IMG/VR virus record: IMGVR_UViG_3300031884_000002
Coordinates: 124,001-188,000 of that record
Direction: 5' to 3' (one strand)
Length of the DNA: 64,000 nt
The translations under genes were made by a program, and so were the position numbers. Positions 8,454 through 17,270 of this stretch are shown in pieces (within the stretch, counting starts at the first letter, position 1; the number at the start of each line of letters is the position of its first letter). Below the pieces are notes generated by a model. The model made no database searches and was not told the DNA's origin. It worked only from the letters and a program-made list of their open reading frames with translations.

Positions 8454-8699
8454 ATGAATATTACTAAAAATAGAGTTAATACTATAATTAACCGATATGA
8501 AACATTATTACAGGAAGTTGAGTATTTTATTAATCAACAGAACCAAGATTGGAGAAGCGGAAAGATTCGTATTGACAATGGAAATATTGAAGAGTATATT
8601 AATACCGCTTGTAATTGTCATCCGGAATATGAATGGGTTCATCGGTCAACCATAGATTCATTCATTGAATGGAATGAATCTAAAAAAACTTCAACTTGA
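8454..8699 (+). CDS. hypothetical protein
   Basis: 81-aa ORF with a CNCHPEY motif. Confidence 0.6.
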   Translation: MNITKNRVNTIINRYETLLQEVEYFINQQNQDWRSGKIRIDNGNIEEYINTACNCHPEYEWVHRSTIDSFIEWNESKKTST

Positions 8700-8735
8700 C
8701 TTTTTAGATTTTATCGCTATAATTATAATTGAACT

Positions 8736-9362
8736 ATGAAAAATATAGAGAATAGAACAATTGTGTTAAAGTTAAACAAAAACTTTATTGTAACCGACGT
8801 TGCATTGGTATCCAAAACCATATGCGACTTGGTTTCTGGTACTGTGCTTGCACTTGACATAAATTATAAATTAAATGATAACGGAACTCCCAGCGACACA
8901 TTGGACTATTTTAATCCGGTTGAATGGGATGAATGGAAAAAATTACCAATTAGAGATTGGGATTTGGTAATTCATTCTAAAAACATGACGGTCAGAGTTC
9001 CTACTGTAGTTGTTACCAAACATTACAGTAAGGTTAGATTTAAAAAGTTTAGTGGAAAGCCTACCAAAGAAGGACTTGGTATGCGTGATGGATTTACCGA
9101 TATATATACTGGTGAAGAGTTAGAACCAGATTCTGCAACCATCGAGCATATAATGCCTTTAAGCCGTGGTGGAACTGATACTTATGATAATACTGGATTG
9201 ACATTAAAATCTACCAATAATTGGAAAGGAAGTAGAACTGTAGAAGAAGCCGGATTGACATTGGTAATCAACCCATATCATCCTCGTCCAATTCCTATAT
9301 CCAGTACAATTAGAAAAGTTAGGAATAGAGATTGGTCTCATTTTTTAATGAATCATAAATAA
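8736..9362 (+). CDS. HNH endonuclease (McrA-like)
   Basis: RDGFT..., TIEHIMPLSRGG...N...NNWKGSRT; promoter TTGACT-N16-TATAAT at 8696-8723. Confidence 0.8.
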   Translation: MKNIENRTIVLKLNKNFIVTDVALVSKTICDLVSGTVLALDINYKLNDNGTPSDTLDYFNPVEWDEWKKLPIRDWDLVIHSKNMTVRVPTVVVTKHYSKVRFKKFSGKPTKEGLGMRDGFTDIYTGEELEPDSATIEHIMPLSRGGTDTYDNTGLTLKSTNNWKGSRTVEEAGLTLVINPYHPRPIPISSTIRKVRNRDWSHFLMNHK

Positions 9363-9368
9363 TTCAAC

Positions 9369-9392
9369 TCCCGCTTTAAAGCGGGATTTTTT
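9369..9392 (+). terminator. intrinsic terminator between convergent genes
   Basis: Palindrome TCCCGCTTTAAAGCGGGA followed by T6. Confidence 0.75.
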
Positions 9393-9547
9393 ATTAATTT
9401 CTTACATATTCCCAAGATACATCATCCGACGTATTTACTCGACATATCCAATGACCTACCGGAGTTTCATGAGAAATATTATTATTGGCGAGTTCAACCC
9501 ATTTTTTATGTTCGTCGCTATTCCAATATTTATCTATTAATTCTTGT

Positions 9548-10012
9548 TCAGTCAGTAGTTTCGCTGGCTTCATCTTCATCGTCTCCATCATCATTGTTTT
9601 CTTTATGGAAGTTCTCAAAATCTTCATCGGTAAGATTTAAAAGATTTACTAATGTGTTTATAATATAACACATTGTCATCTTATTAAAGTTCATACCCAT
9701 AATTCTATGTGCTATAAATATAACTAATTTATTTATAGCTGGTAGTTTATCAGACATAGAAGAAATATTCAATCCATCTTTTCTTAAAGTGCCGGGAATA
9801 GTTCCATTTTCCAACGCAGTTAATATATCATTCTCAATTTTTTGAATAAACATTTTATGTATCTCTTCCGTAGTCTTCCCTTTTTTAGCATGTTTTATAA
9901 AATACTTCTGTATATCTTTTTCGGATAATCGTCTCGCCACACTGAAACTAGAAAGTATTCCCAATTTATTTAGTATATGTGTTGGTTGAGTCATGATACT
10001 AATAAATATCAA
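9548..10012 (-). CDS. hypothetical protein with acidic tail
   Basis: 154-aa ORF. Confidence 0.6.
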   Translation of the reverse strand: MIFISIMTQPTHILNKLGILSSFSVARRLSEKDIQKYFIKHAKKGKTTEEIHKMFIQKIENDILTALENGTIPGTLRKDGLNISSMSDKLPAINKLVIFIAHRIMGMNFNKMTMCYIINTLVNLLNLTDEDFENFHKENNDDGDDEDEASETTD

Positions 10013-10021
10013 AAAAATAAT

Positions 10022-10732
10022 TCACCATCTTGATTTTTTTGATATTTCTTGTTTGGGTGAACCTTCAATCCAATCCGAATCAAATGTATTATTTCCTCCA
10101 CGGATAAATCCTCGGCCACATATAAAAGTACAGTTATAACATAGTATTTGTAAATTATCAATTAAAAAGTTTTTTCGATTTCCATCTTTATGGTCTAATA
10201 ACAATGGTATTTTTTCATCGGTTAATCTTCTTTCGCAATAACCACATATATTGCATTTAGGCTCCATAAACTTAGCTCTTATAAGTTTATCTCTAACTTT
10301 AAAATCATTTATATCAGGAAATTTATTTTGTAATATCTCAGATAATGGATATTTTCCTATATTTGGATCTAAATAGTTTGGTTTTCGTTTTCCATGTATA
10401 TCTGCTTTATAATTACCATATATTTTAGCATACTTTCGATAAGTAGTAAAATTAACTCCTAATACTCGTGCCGCCATATGAGCGTTAGTAGATTTTAAAT
10501 TAGCTTCATCTATTTCTTCTCGAAGCAAAGGTCTAGCTCCCCTTCCACCTCTTATTCTTCTGGCTGGTTCTGGAATTAACAATCCATTTTCTTTCAACAC
10601 TTCTACGCTCAACCCAGATTCATTTATAACTGCTTTATTTTTTAATGAAATAACTTCTTTTTCAAGCTGCTCCAATCTTTTAAGAGCAAATGCTAATGCT
10701 TGGTCGGAAGAAACTGAATCTACATTTTCCAT
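10022..10732 (-). CDS. HTH plus HNH domain protein
   Basis: AARVLGVNFTTYRKY helix-turn-helix; CNICG...LLDHKDGN...NLQILCYNC. Confidence 0.75.
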   Translation of the reverse strand: MENVDSVSSDQALAFALKRLEQLEKEVISLKNKAVINESGLSVEVLKENGLLIPEPARRIRGGRGARPLLREEIDEANLKSTNAHMAARVLGVNFTTYRKYAKIYGNYKADIHGKRKPNYLDPNIGKYPLSEILQNKFPDINDFKVRDKLIRAKFMEPKCNICGYCERRLTDEKIPLLLDHKDGNRKNFLIDNLQILCYNCTFICGRGFIRGGNNTFDSDWIEGSPKQEISKKSRW

Positions 10733-10733
10733 T

Positions 10734-11072
10734 TTATTTCGATTTTACATGACCGCAGATTGGTTCCTTGGCAAGATCAATATCATACTGAACTAATATT
10801 TTTTCACGAAGAAGTTCAGCACGTTTATACATACCAGCATTTAACATTGCAAAATAAGAATTATAAGTATACGGAACCTTTGGTATATCTTTATCCCATA
10901 ATACACATCCTGGGCGTATTTTTAAATGAGTTTTTTTACGATCCTCTTCGACTGCTCGTGTAAGAGCTTCCATATAAGGATCATCAAATAAGTCCACATC
11001 AACATCAAACTCTTTTTTGCTAGTTGACTCCATACACACTATTATGCTTTTTATGTTAGATTTCATTATCAT
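10734..11072 (-). CDS. hypothetical protein
   Basis: 112-aa ORF preceded by an ATATTTATA motif. Confidence 0.6.
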   Translation of the reverse strand: MIMKSNIKSIIVCMESTSKKEFDVDVDLFDDPYMEALTRAVEEDRKKTHLKIRPGCVLWDKDIPKVPYTYNSYFAMLNAGMYKRAELLREKILVQYDIDLAKEPICGHVKSK

Positions 11073-11083
11073 ATTATAAATAT

Positions 11084-11450
11084 TTATTTTACTTTCAAAT
11101 CTGCATCATTAAAATATTCTTTTAATTCTTTTGTTTTTTCATTATATCTAAAAAATTTACATTTCAAATAATCCATAATAAATTTCATTCTCATCATATC
11201 TTTTAATTTTAAATTTCCATTTCTATCATAATATATCATATGAAAACTTATGAGAATATGATATTTTCTTCTTACAGGTCGGGCAATTTCGGAACCATTG
11301 TTTCCCAATATTTTTGCATTCGCTTTTCACATATTTGTGTTTTATGTCTGTTGTAATATCGCTCGTCTCTAATCCGCTTTTGTTCTCGGAGTTCTTCAAT
11401 AGTTCGATTGAGTTTTTTTCTTCCCATATAGTTGTATTGTTTATATTCAT
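11084..11450 (-). pseudogene. internally deleted/frameshifted endonuclease gene
   Basis: The N-part (RNCPTCKKKISY) and C-part (KLKDMMRMKFIMDYLKCKFFRYNE) lie in different frames; both resemble the ends of the intact paralog at 42687..43337, with the catalytic middle missing. Confidence 0.55.
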
Positions 11451-11492
11451 ATATTATAAATATAACGTCGAAACATAAAACGACGGAATATT

Positions 11493-13121
11493 TTAACCTA
11501 TTTTACAGTCGGCGTCATTTATTAAATCTATATTATTTATTTTTAATTTCATATTATCAAATACATCTTCTTCAATTGAATCTGCTACAAATGGGATTTT
11601 AACTAATGATTTCGATTTTGAGTTCTGTCGCCATGCTCTTCCAAAACATTGTTTAATAGCTCTGGAATCATCATCTACCGATATAATAGAACATCGAGGA
11701 TGTAATCCATCCAAATCACCAAGATTCAATCCAACTCCACCTGATTTTACTTGAATTAAAAATATGTTTTTTTTATTAGATTGAAAATCTTCTTTATTTT
11801 TTATTTTTTCCTTTTCTGATACTTGACCAGAATATATGCAGTTAGTATTTAATCTTTCAGATAATACATTTATTGTCTCGGTGTAATTTATAAATAACAA
11901 TACAGACATACCTGCTTCAATTGCTTCTTTAGCTAATTCTACAAACAAATCAACTTTTAACAACTCAATTCGTTGTCTATATCGTAATCGTATTACAATC
12001 TGAGTTTCTTCGTTTTTTAAAAGTCCATCTAAACGTTTCAACTCCGTTAACATCTGTTTAAAGTTTTCATTTATAGAGGTAACTTTATCTTCATCTAAAT
12101 TATAAGCCTGAACTATAAACTCACATTCTGGAAAACTAGGAATCTCATCTCTACGTTTACGAACCCCTCGTTCTTCAAATAAGTATCTATTTATTTTTTT
12201 AAGAACTTCTTTATCATTATTAAACTCCAAACACCAAGTTCCTTTTGATACTCCGTGTTTGTAAGCCCATTCATAATATGTTTTTCCATTTTTAAACATT
12301 TTTAAACATATTCCTATAGTTTTTAAATCTAATGGAGATGTAGCTATAGTAGCACTTAAAAACATTTGTTTAAATCCTTGGTGAAATGCTTCCAGACAAC
12401 ATTTTGATGTTTTAGTTTTATAATTTTTTAATTTATGAGCCTCATCCCATATAATGATAGAATCTTTAGGAAGTTTCCACGTAAACTTATGACGTTTTAA
12501 TTCTCGTTTTAATACGAATGAAGCAATAGAAGAATCTTTTCTACCTCTAATTAAAAGTTCATAGTTTATAATTCCTTTACATAAATGCCGCAATTTAAAA
12601 TGGTCGTCTATAACTTCATTCCATTGAGAAATAACTGCTTTGGGACATACGATAACAAATGGAACATTCAATTCTCGAATGGTTCCTATTGCACTGAAGG
12701 TTTTTCCCACTCCCATTTCACTACCATCAACAGTGGCATCCCAATGTTTAATAGCAGGAACTAACTTTGATACGGCATCAATTTGCCAAGGTTTTAATAT
12801 ATCAGTATATTTTAATGTATATTCCGGAAGTTTAAATATAGGAGTATCTATGATTGGTTTTTTATAATCTTCAGGGGTAGAAAAAGAAGTTATATCAGAT
12901 TTAGTTTGAAATAATACCCATTTGTCTTTTATTTTTCCAATACTAAACCCATCATTCAACAATTTAAACTTGTTTGGCTTCCAATAATTAAAAAATCCAC
13001 TTACTAAGTTAGCAGGAATAATATATTCACGTCGCCACTTATCGAGATTTCTATATGGTTCACTCCAGTTGAATGGTAACATTATATCAATCTCCAAACT
13101 CAGGCTTACTATATCTTTCAA
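11493..13121 (-). CDS. superfamily 2 (SNF2-like) helicase
   Basis: EMGVGKT, DEAH, LSAT, SGGVGLNL, QCFGRAWR motifs. Confidence 0.88.
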   Translation of the reverse strand: MKDIVSLSLEIDIMLPFNWSEPYRNLDKWRREYIIPANLVSGFFNYWKPNKFKLLNDGFSIGKIKDKWVLFQTKSDITSFSTPEDYKKPIIDTPIFKLPEYTLKYTDILKPWQIDAVSKLVPAIKHWDATVDGSEMGVGKTFSAIGTIRELNVPFVIVCPKAVISQWNEVIDDHFKLRHLCKGIINYELLIRGRKDSSIASFVLKRELKRHKFTWKLPKDSIIIWDEAHKLKNYKTKTSKCCLEAFHQGFKQMFLSATIATSPLDLKTIGICLKMFKNGKTYYEWAYKHGVSKGTWCLEFNNDKEVLKKINRYLFEERGVRKRRDEIPSFPECEFIVQAYNLDEDKVTSINENFKQMLTELKRLDGLLKNEETQIVIRLRYRQRIELLKVDLFVELAKEAIEAGMSVLLFINYTETINVLSERLNTNCIYSGQVSEKEKIKNKEDFQSNKKNIFLIQVKSGGVGLNLGDLDGLHPRCSIISVDDDSRAIKQCFGRAWRQNSKSKSLVKIPFVADSIEEDVFDNMKLKINNIDLINDADCKIG

Positions 13122-13377
13122 TATTAGTAATGTCGGTCCTCATTCTATTATTGTCACGAATGATTCCAACCTCAACTGCTTCCGATAATAATCTTACAAA
13201 TTGAGTAGCATTCTGATCATCGGGAGAATATCCAAGTCCAACCATATCATTCATATATGAAGTTCTTGATTTTCCAAACTTTCGTTGGCACACTCCTTCT
13301 AGGTGTCTAACCACATCGATATATGTATTTAGTCTTACTACTTGTTTAATTGTTGTATCTTTAATGTAATATTTCAT
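13087..13377 (-). CDS. hypothetical protein
   Basis: 96-aa ORF. Confidence 0.6.
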   Translation of the reverse strand: MKYYIKDTTIKQVVRLNTYIDVVRHLEGVCQRKFGKSRTSYMNDMVGLGYSPDDQNATQFVRLLSEAVEVGIIRDNNRMRTDITNIERYSKPEFGD

Positions 13378-13421
13378 AATATGTTGAGTATAACTGGTTT
13401 GTCTATATAAGTAAAGTTATT

Positions 13422-14126
13422 TTATAAAAGTTTATAAGCTAATAATTTTGCATTTATTAACATTGCCAGTTTTTTCCATCCTATATCTTTTAAATGCAAT
13501 TCATTCGCCCAATCATCGTCTTTTAAAAATCCTTGTGTATTAACAAAAATACAATTTTTTTGGGTAGATGAAAAAGAAGCAAATCGTTTTTGTAATTCTT
13601 GAAGAAATAATTTTACTATAGCTACTTGATCATTCACATTAGTCCAATTTTTAGCAATTAAACTAGGCTGTAACCACGGTCCTAAAACTAAAATCCCCTT
13701 TCCCATTACAGAAGCAACTGGATAATCATAATCATGAAAAACAATCCAACAATCAGGATTTACTTCATCTCGTAATTCAAATAAAGATTCATAATCAGCA
13801 ATAATCAAATCGAAATAAGCATTGGCTCGTTTCCAGTTTATAGCTTTATTTATATCACCATCAACATTTTTATTTAATAAAATTACAAATTGTTCCCCTG
13901 CAAAATCATCTCCTCCACTAGACCAGAATAAAATATTACAATCGGTTAATGCTTCTTGTAGTCTTGCTCTTTTATTAAGTCCCATAGTTTCTTCGGTACT
14001 ATCTCCTGCTTTTCCATGATTTTCTATGGTTATTCCGGCTAATTGTGCCAAATGATCGTATAACCCGCCACCAACGAATGGAATAGGATAATCAACCCAA
14101 CTATCACCAAATGCTTTATATTTCAT
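13422..14126 (-). CDS. SGNH/GDSL hydrolase family protein
   Basis: AFGDSW, GGDD and WANELH motifs. Confidence 0.75.
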   Translation of the reverse strand: MKYKAFGDSWVDYPIPFVGGGLYDHLAQLAGITIENHGKAGDSTEETMGLNKRARLQEALTDCNILFWSSGGDDFAGEQFVILLNKNVDGDINKAINWKRANAYFDLIIADYESLFELRDEVNPDCWIVFHDYDYPVASVMGKGILVLGPWLQPSLIAKNWTNVNDQVAIVKLFLQELQKRFASFSSTQKNCIFVNTQGFLKDDDWANELHLKDIGWKKLAMLINAKLLAYKLL

Positions 14127-14169
14127 AATATTATTATTTGTTTATAACTATAAATATGATATAAATAAC

Positions 14170-14194
14170 AAAAAACACAGCTTTGTGCTGTGTT
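14170..14194 (-). terminator. intrinsic terminator
   Basis: AACACAGC/GCTGTGTT stem with a T run on the minus strand. Confidence 0.65.
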
Positions 14195-14219
14195 AATTGC
14201 TGCTGTTACTCGGAGATTA

Positions 14220-14642
14220 TTACTTATGTTTAAATGTGGAACCCAATCCTTGGGCTATTCCAAGATTAATCCATCCAGCAACCTGTTGAACTGTCGCATT
14301 GGTTCCGGTAGAAGTATATTGGTCGGCTAATGTAAATCCATTTATAATTACAGGAGCTATAAATGCATTGGTTACGCCAGCAGATTTAAGCAACATATTA
14401 ACTTGTCCAGCAGTTAATGTATTGGTTCCGGTTGAAATATCAGCCAAAACCACTTCCGCAACTATAAAGTCTGGACGATATTGAGGATTTTGCTGAACTA
14501 CTTCAGCAGTTCCAATGGAAGCTGCTGATGTGATTGCAAACTGTTCTAATGCAGTTGTATTAGGAGATTGAGTTGTACTACAACCTATAAATCCTAATAC
14601 TGTAATGGCTAATACTAACGAGGCTAATAATGTTTTTTTCAT
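14220..14642 (-). CDS. lipoprotein
   Basis: MKKTLL...FIGC signal peptide/lipobox. Confidence 0.7.
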   Translation of the reverse strand: MKKTLLASLVLAITVLGFIGCSTTQSPNTTALEQFAITSAASIGTAEVVQQNPQYRPDFIVAEVVLADISTGTNTLTAGQVNMLLKSAGVTNAFIAPVIINGFTLADQYTSTGTNATVQQVAGWINLGIAQGLGSTFKHK

Positions 14643-14711
14643 ATTTTTATATTTGTTTATTTTCAAGTTACAAGTATATCAGGTATAGATATAAATGACA
14701 ACTTATTTTAA

Positions 14712-15260
14712 TTAAAATGAGAATAGTTTAATATCAAACTTTGCAGAAAATCCATCATGTTTTTGTAAAGATGCAAAATGATTCATGGCACATAAATCAG
14801 CTCTAAAATGATGATTAAAAACTACTATATCGAAATCGGCTCCAACTCCTAAAGAAAAATCCTTTGCTCCATCGTTTAAATATGTAGTTGCCGCAGATTT
14901 TAATTCAAAATCAAATTGGTCTAAAAACTTAGTAGTTGGAAATAAAAACAATCGAATATCTTCCATAACAGCAACATGATCAATCATAATTCCACTGGTT
15001 GATGTTACATCGTAGGTTCCTAATTCTAATCCCGTACCAGTATGCTCAGTCTGCCAATATTCACTTTCAAATGAAAATCCATATGTTGATTTGGTAGCAT
15101 ATTGAGGCATAAATAAAACTGGAGCAGCACTTACATCAAACTCTCCTGCTTTAAAATGGGAATCTATGTTAGTAGCAGTAATTGGTAATGCTATCTGAGC
15201 ACTCATTGAGATTGTAAAAAATACAGTCAATAATAATGTTAATATAGTTTTTAGTTTCAT
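14712..15260 (-). CDS. secreted protein, probable small outer-membrane beta-barrel
   Basis: Signal peptide, alternating amphipathic strands, terminal Phe. Confidence 0.55.
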   Translation of the reverse strand: MKLKTILTLLLTVFFTISMSAQIALPITATNIDSHFKAGEFDVSAAPVLFMPQYATKSTYGFSFESEYWQTEHTGTGLELGTYDVTSTSGIMIDHVAVMEDIRLFLFPTTKFLDQFDFELKSAATTYLNDGAKDFSLGVGADFDIVVFNHHFRADLCAMNHFASLQKHDGFSAKFDIKLFSF

Positions 15261-15264
15261 AATT

Positions 15265-15483
15265 TTATTTTTTATTAGACCCTTGGATATGACCGAAGTA
15301 AAAAGCTACAACGGTTAATACCAATGTATAAATTGGTTCAACGATAGGGATTCCTAGCGCAGACATAATACATACAGTTAAAACTAATAATATTGCAATA
15401 ACTGCTCTTGAACTTATTCCAAATAACATAGAGCCGTCTGGCTTTGTCGAAGGAACTGTCGTATCTTTGATTTCATCTGACAT
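15265..15483 (-). CDS. small 2-TM membrane protein (holin-like)
   Basis: SSRAVIA...VVAFYFG; two hydrophobic helices. Confidence 0.55.
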   Translation of the reverse strand: MSDEIKDTTVPSTKPDGSMLFGISSRAVIAILLVLTVCIMSALGIPIVEPIYTLVLTVVAFYFGHIQGSNKK

Positions 15484-15485
15484 AA

Positions 15486-15692
15486 TTATCCTAATAGTAA
15501 TGTTTTTTTAGAATTAAAAGATTCAGTAGTATTGTCTTCATTAGACTCTTGAACTTGTCTTTTTAACATAGCCAATGCTATTTTAGGATTGACATTACCA
15601 ACTTGAAACCCAGATATACCATTTTTTTTACAAAATGATTCAAGTGCTTTATAATCTGCCGCTGACCAACTCAATAATTGTTCGTTATTCAT
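15486..15692 (-). CDS. hypothetical protein
   Basis: 68-aa ORF ending KTLLLG. Confidence 0.55.
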   Translation of the reverse strand: MNNEQLLSWSAADYKALESFCKKNGISGFQVGNVNPKIALAMLKRQVQESNEDNTTESFNSKKTLLLG

Positions 15693-15694
15693 AA

Positions 15695-16654
15695 CTATAT
15701 ATAAATATTAGGGATATATTCTTTAATTGGGATTTTATTTAACTTATTTAAAGTAAACATATTCCATTCGGTTTCCCATACATATTTTATATTATATCCG
15801 TTTTTATATAAATAACTCATACGGTTGACTGTTCTATTATATAATTCCCTATATGTTATTTTTACAACCGGATGTATATTATTATTGGGATATTTAGATG
15901 GATTACCATGCCAATAATCTCCCAAAAATTCATAAATTGTATTAGTCGTTGGATCATATCCATCTACTTTTTTTCGTAAAATGTTTACCTGTCTATGATT
16001 AACATCATTTGGTATTTTACAATATTCCAAAAATAATAATTCCGGTTTAGATATCCTTCGAATACAATACGGACATCCATGTCCGTCAAAATGGTCGTTT
16101 GGACGTTGATCGAATATATGGTTACACATATTACATATAATTTTAACAGGAATATAGGTATCAATATAATTAACTAATTTATAATCATATAACATTTTAT
16201 GAATTGATATTGCCTTTATCTTAAATGTGTCGGTATTATGATCTATGCATCCATTACATGAGGGACATCCCACCGATTTAATTAAAAATGTATCCAATTT
16301 TCTACTAAATATAAAATTACAAATACTACATTTTGCTGTTATACTATCTTCTCGTTTAATATTATTACCATCCACACAATATATAAAACTATGTTTATGA
16401 ATATTATACAACCGTTTAAGGGTAACATCAATCGAAATCACAGACAATATTGACCTTTTATCTATACCGCATTTCTTACATCCTTGCCCATGTAAATGAC
16501 TATCTGGACGAATGATAAACTCTCCATGTTTAGGACATATAATTATAACCGGTATTTTATTGTTTACATATGATACTTTTTCATATATAAAATAGTTATT
16601 ATGTTTTACATTAGATTTATTTATAAAATCTATCAATGTATTTTTCCGAGACAT
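15695..16654 (-). CDS. free-standing endonuclease (Zn-ribbon repeats plus PD-(D/E)XK-like C-terminal domain)
   Basis: CPKHG...HLHGQGC repeats; VDGYDPTTNTIYEFLGDYWHGNP; paralog of 62025..62951. Confidence 0.78.
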   Translation of the reverse strand: MSRKNTLIDFINKSNVKHNNYFIYEKVSYVNNKIPVIIICPKHGEFIIRPDSHLHGQGCKKCGIDKRSILSVISIDVTLKRLYNIHKHSFIYCVDGNNIKREDSITAKCSICNFIFSRKLDTFLIKSVGCPSCNGCIDHNTDTFKIKAISIHKMLYDYKLVNYIDTYIPVKIICNMCNHIFDQRPNDHFDGHGCPYCIRRISKPELLFLEYCKIPNDVNHRQVNILRKKVDGYDPTTNTIYEFLGDYWHGNPSKYPNNNIHPVVKITYRELYNRTVNRMSYLYKNGYNIKYVWETEWNMFTLNKLNKIPIKEYIPNIYI

Positions 16655-16655
16655 A

Positions 16656-16814
16656 TCACTTAGATTTATTTTTTAATATTTTAATATGTTCTTCTAATAC
16701 ATCGTTTATATATTTATTTAATTTAAGTTTATTGGAGGAACAATAAGTTTTAAGAAATGTATGGTTTATTTCCTCAATACTTATGTTTTTTAGATTTTCG
16801 GTTAATTCTTTCAT
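16656..16814 (-). CDS. small ribbon-helix-helix-like protein (52 aa, not in ORF track)
   Basis: MKELTENLKNISIEEINHTFLKTYCSSNKLKLNKYINDVLEEHIK...; similar to 61901..62059. Confidence 0.6.
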   Translation of the reverse strand: MKELTENLKNISIEEINHTFLKTYCSSNKLKLNKYINDVLEEHIKILKNKSK

Positions 16815-16862
16815 ATGACTATACATATAATCATAAAATCCCGAAATCGTAAAAAAGTGAAA

Positions 16863-17264
16863 TTATTTTTTATTCCGTAATTCGTCTTGTAAATCACGTA
16901 AATAAAGAGATCCTTTAAGAAATGCTTCTTCTTCTAATTTTCTAAGTTTTGGATTGTTTTGGGCATACCCCGATCCAGCATCTTCATTTCCAGTAAGGTC
17001 TCCACGTTCTCGTTGTTTTTGGTGGACACATTCATGAGCAAAACTTCTAAGTATATCAACAATAAGCCTTCCTACTATATATAATTTTATTGAATTATCT
17101 TCTGGATTATAATAAGCAGTATAACCAATAGGATCTTTAGAAGCATTTTCTTCGTCGGTTACTAAAACAATACGAGGAATTGTTTTCAGTCCCTCACCAT
17201 CGGCAATTTTTTTATATAAAATTGCTATATATTTTTTTAATAATTCTTTTTTAGAATTATCCAT
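16863..17264 (-). CDS. zincin-like metallopeptidase domain protein
   Basis: LRSFAHECVHQKQ (HExxH) with downstream EEEA. Confidence 0.7.
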   Translation of the reverse strand: MDNSKKELLKKYIAILYKKIADGEGLKTIPRIVLVTDEENASKDPIGYTAYYNPEDNSIKLYIVGRLIVDILRSFAHECVHQKQRERGDLTGNEDAGSGYAQNNPKLRKLEEEAFLKGSLYLRDLQDELRNKK

Positions 17265-17270
17265 ATAAAA

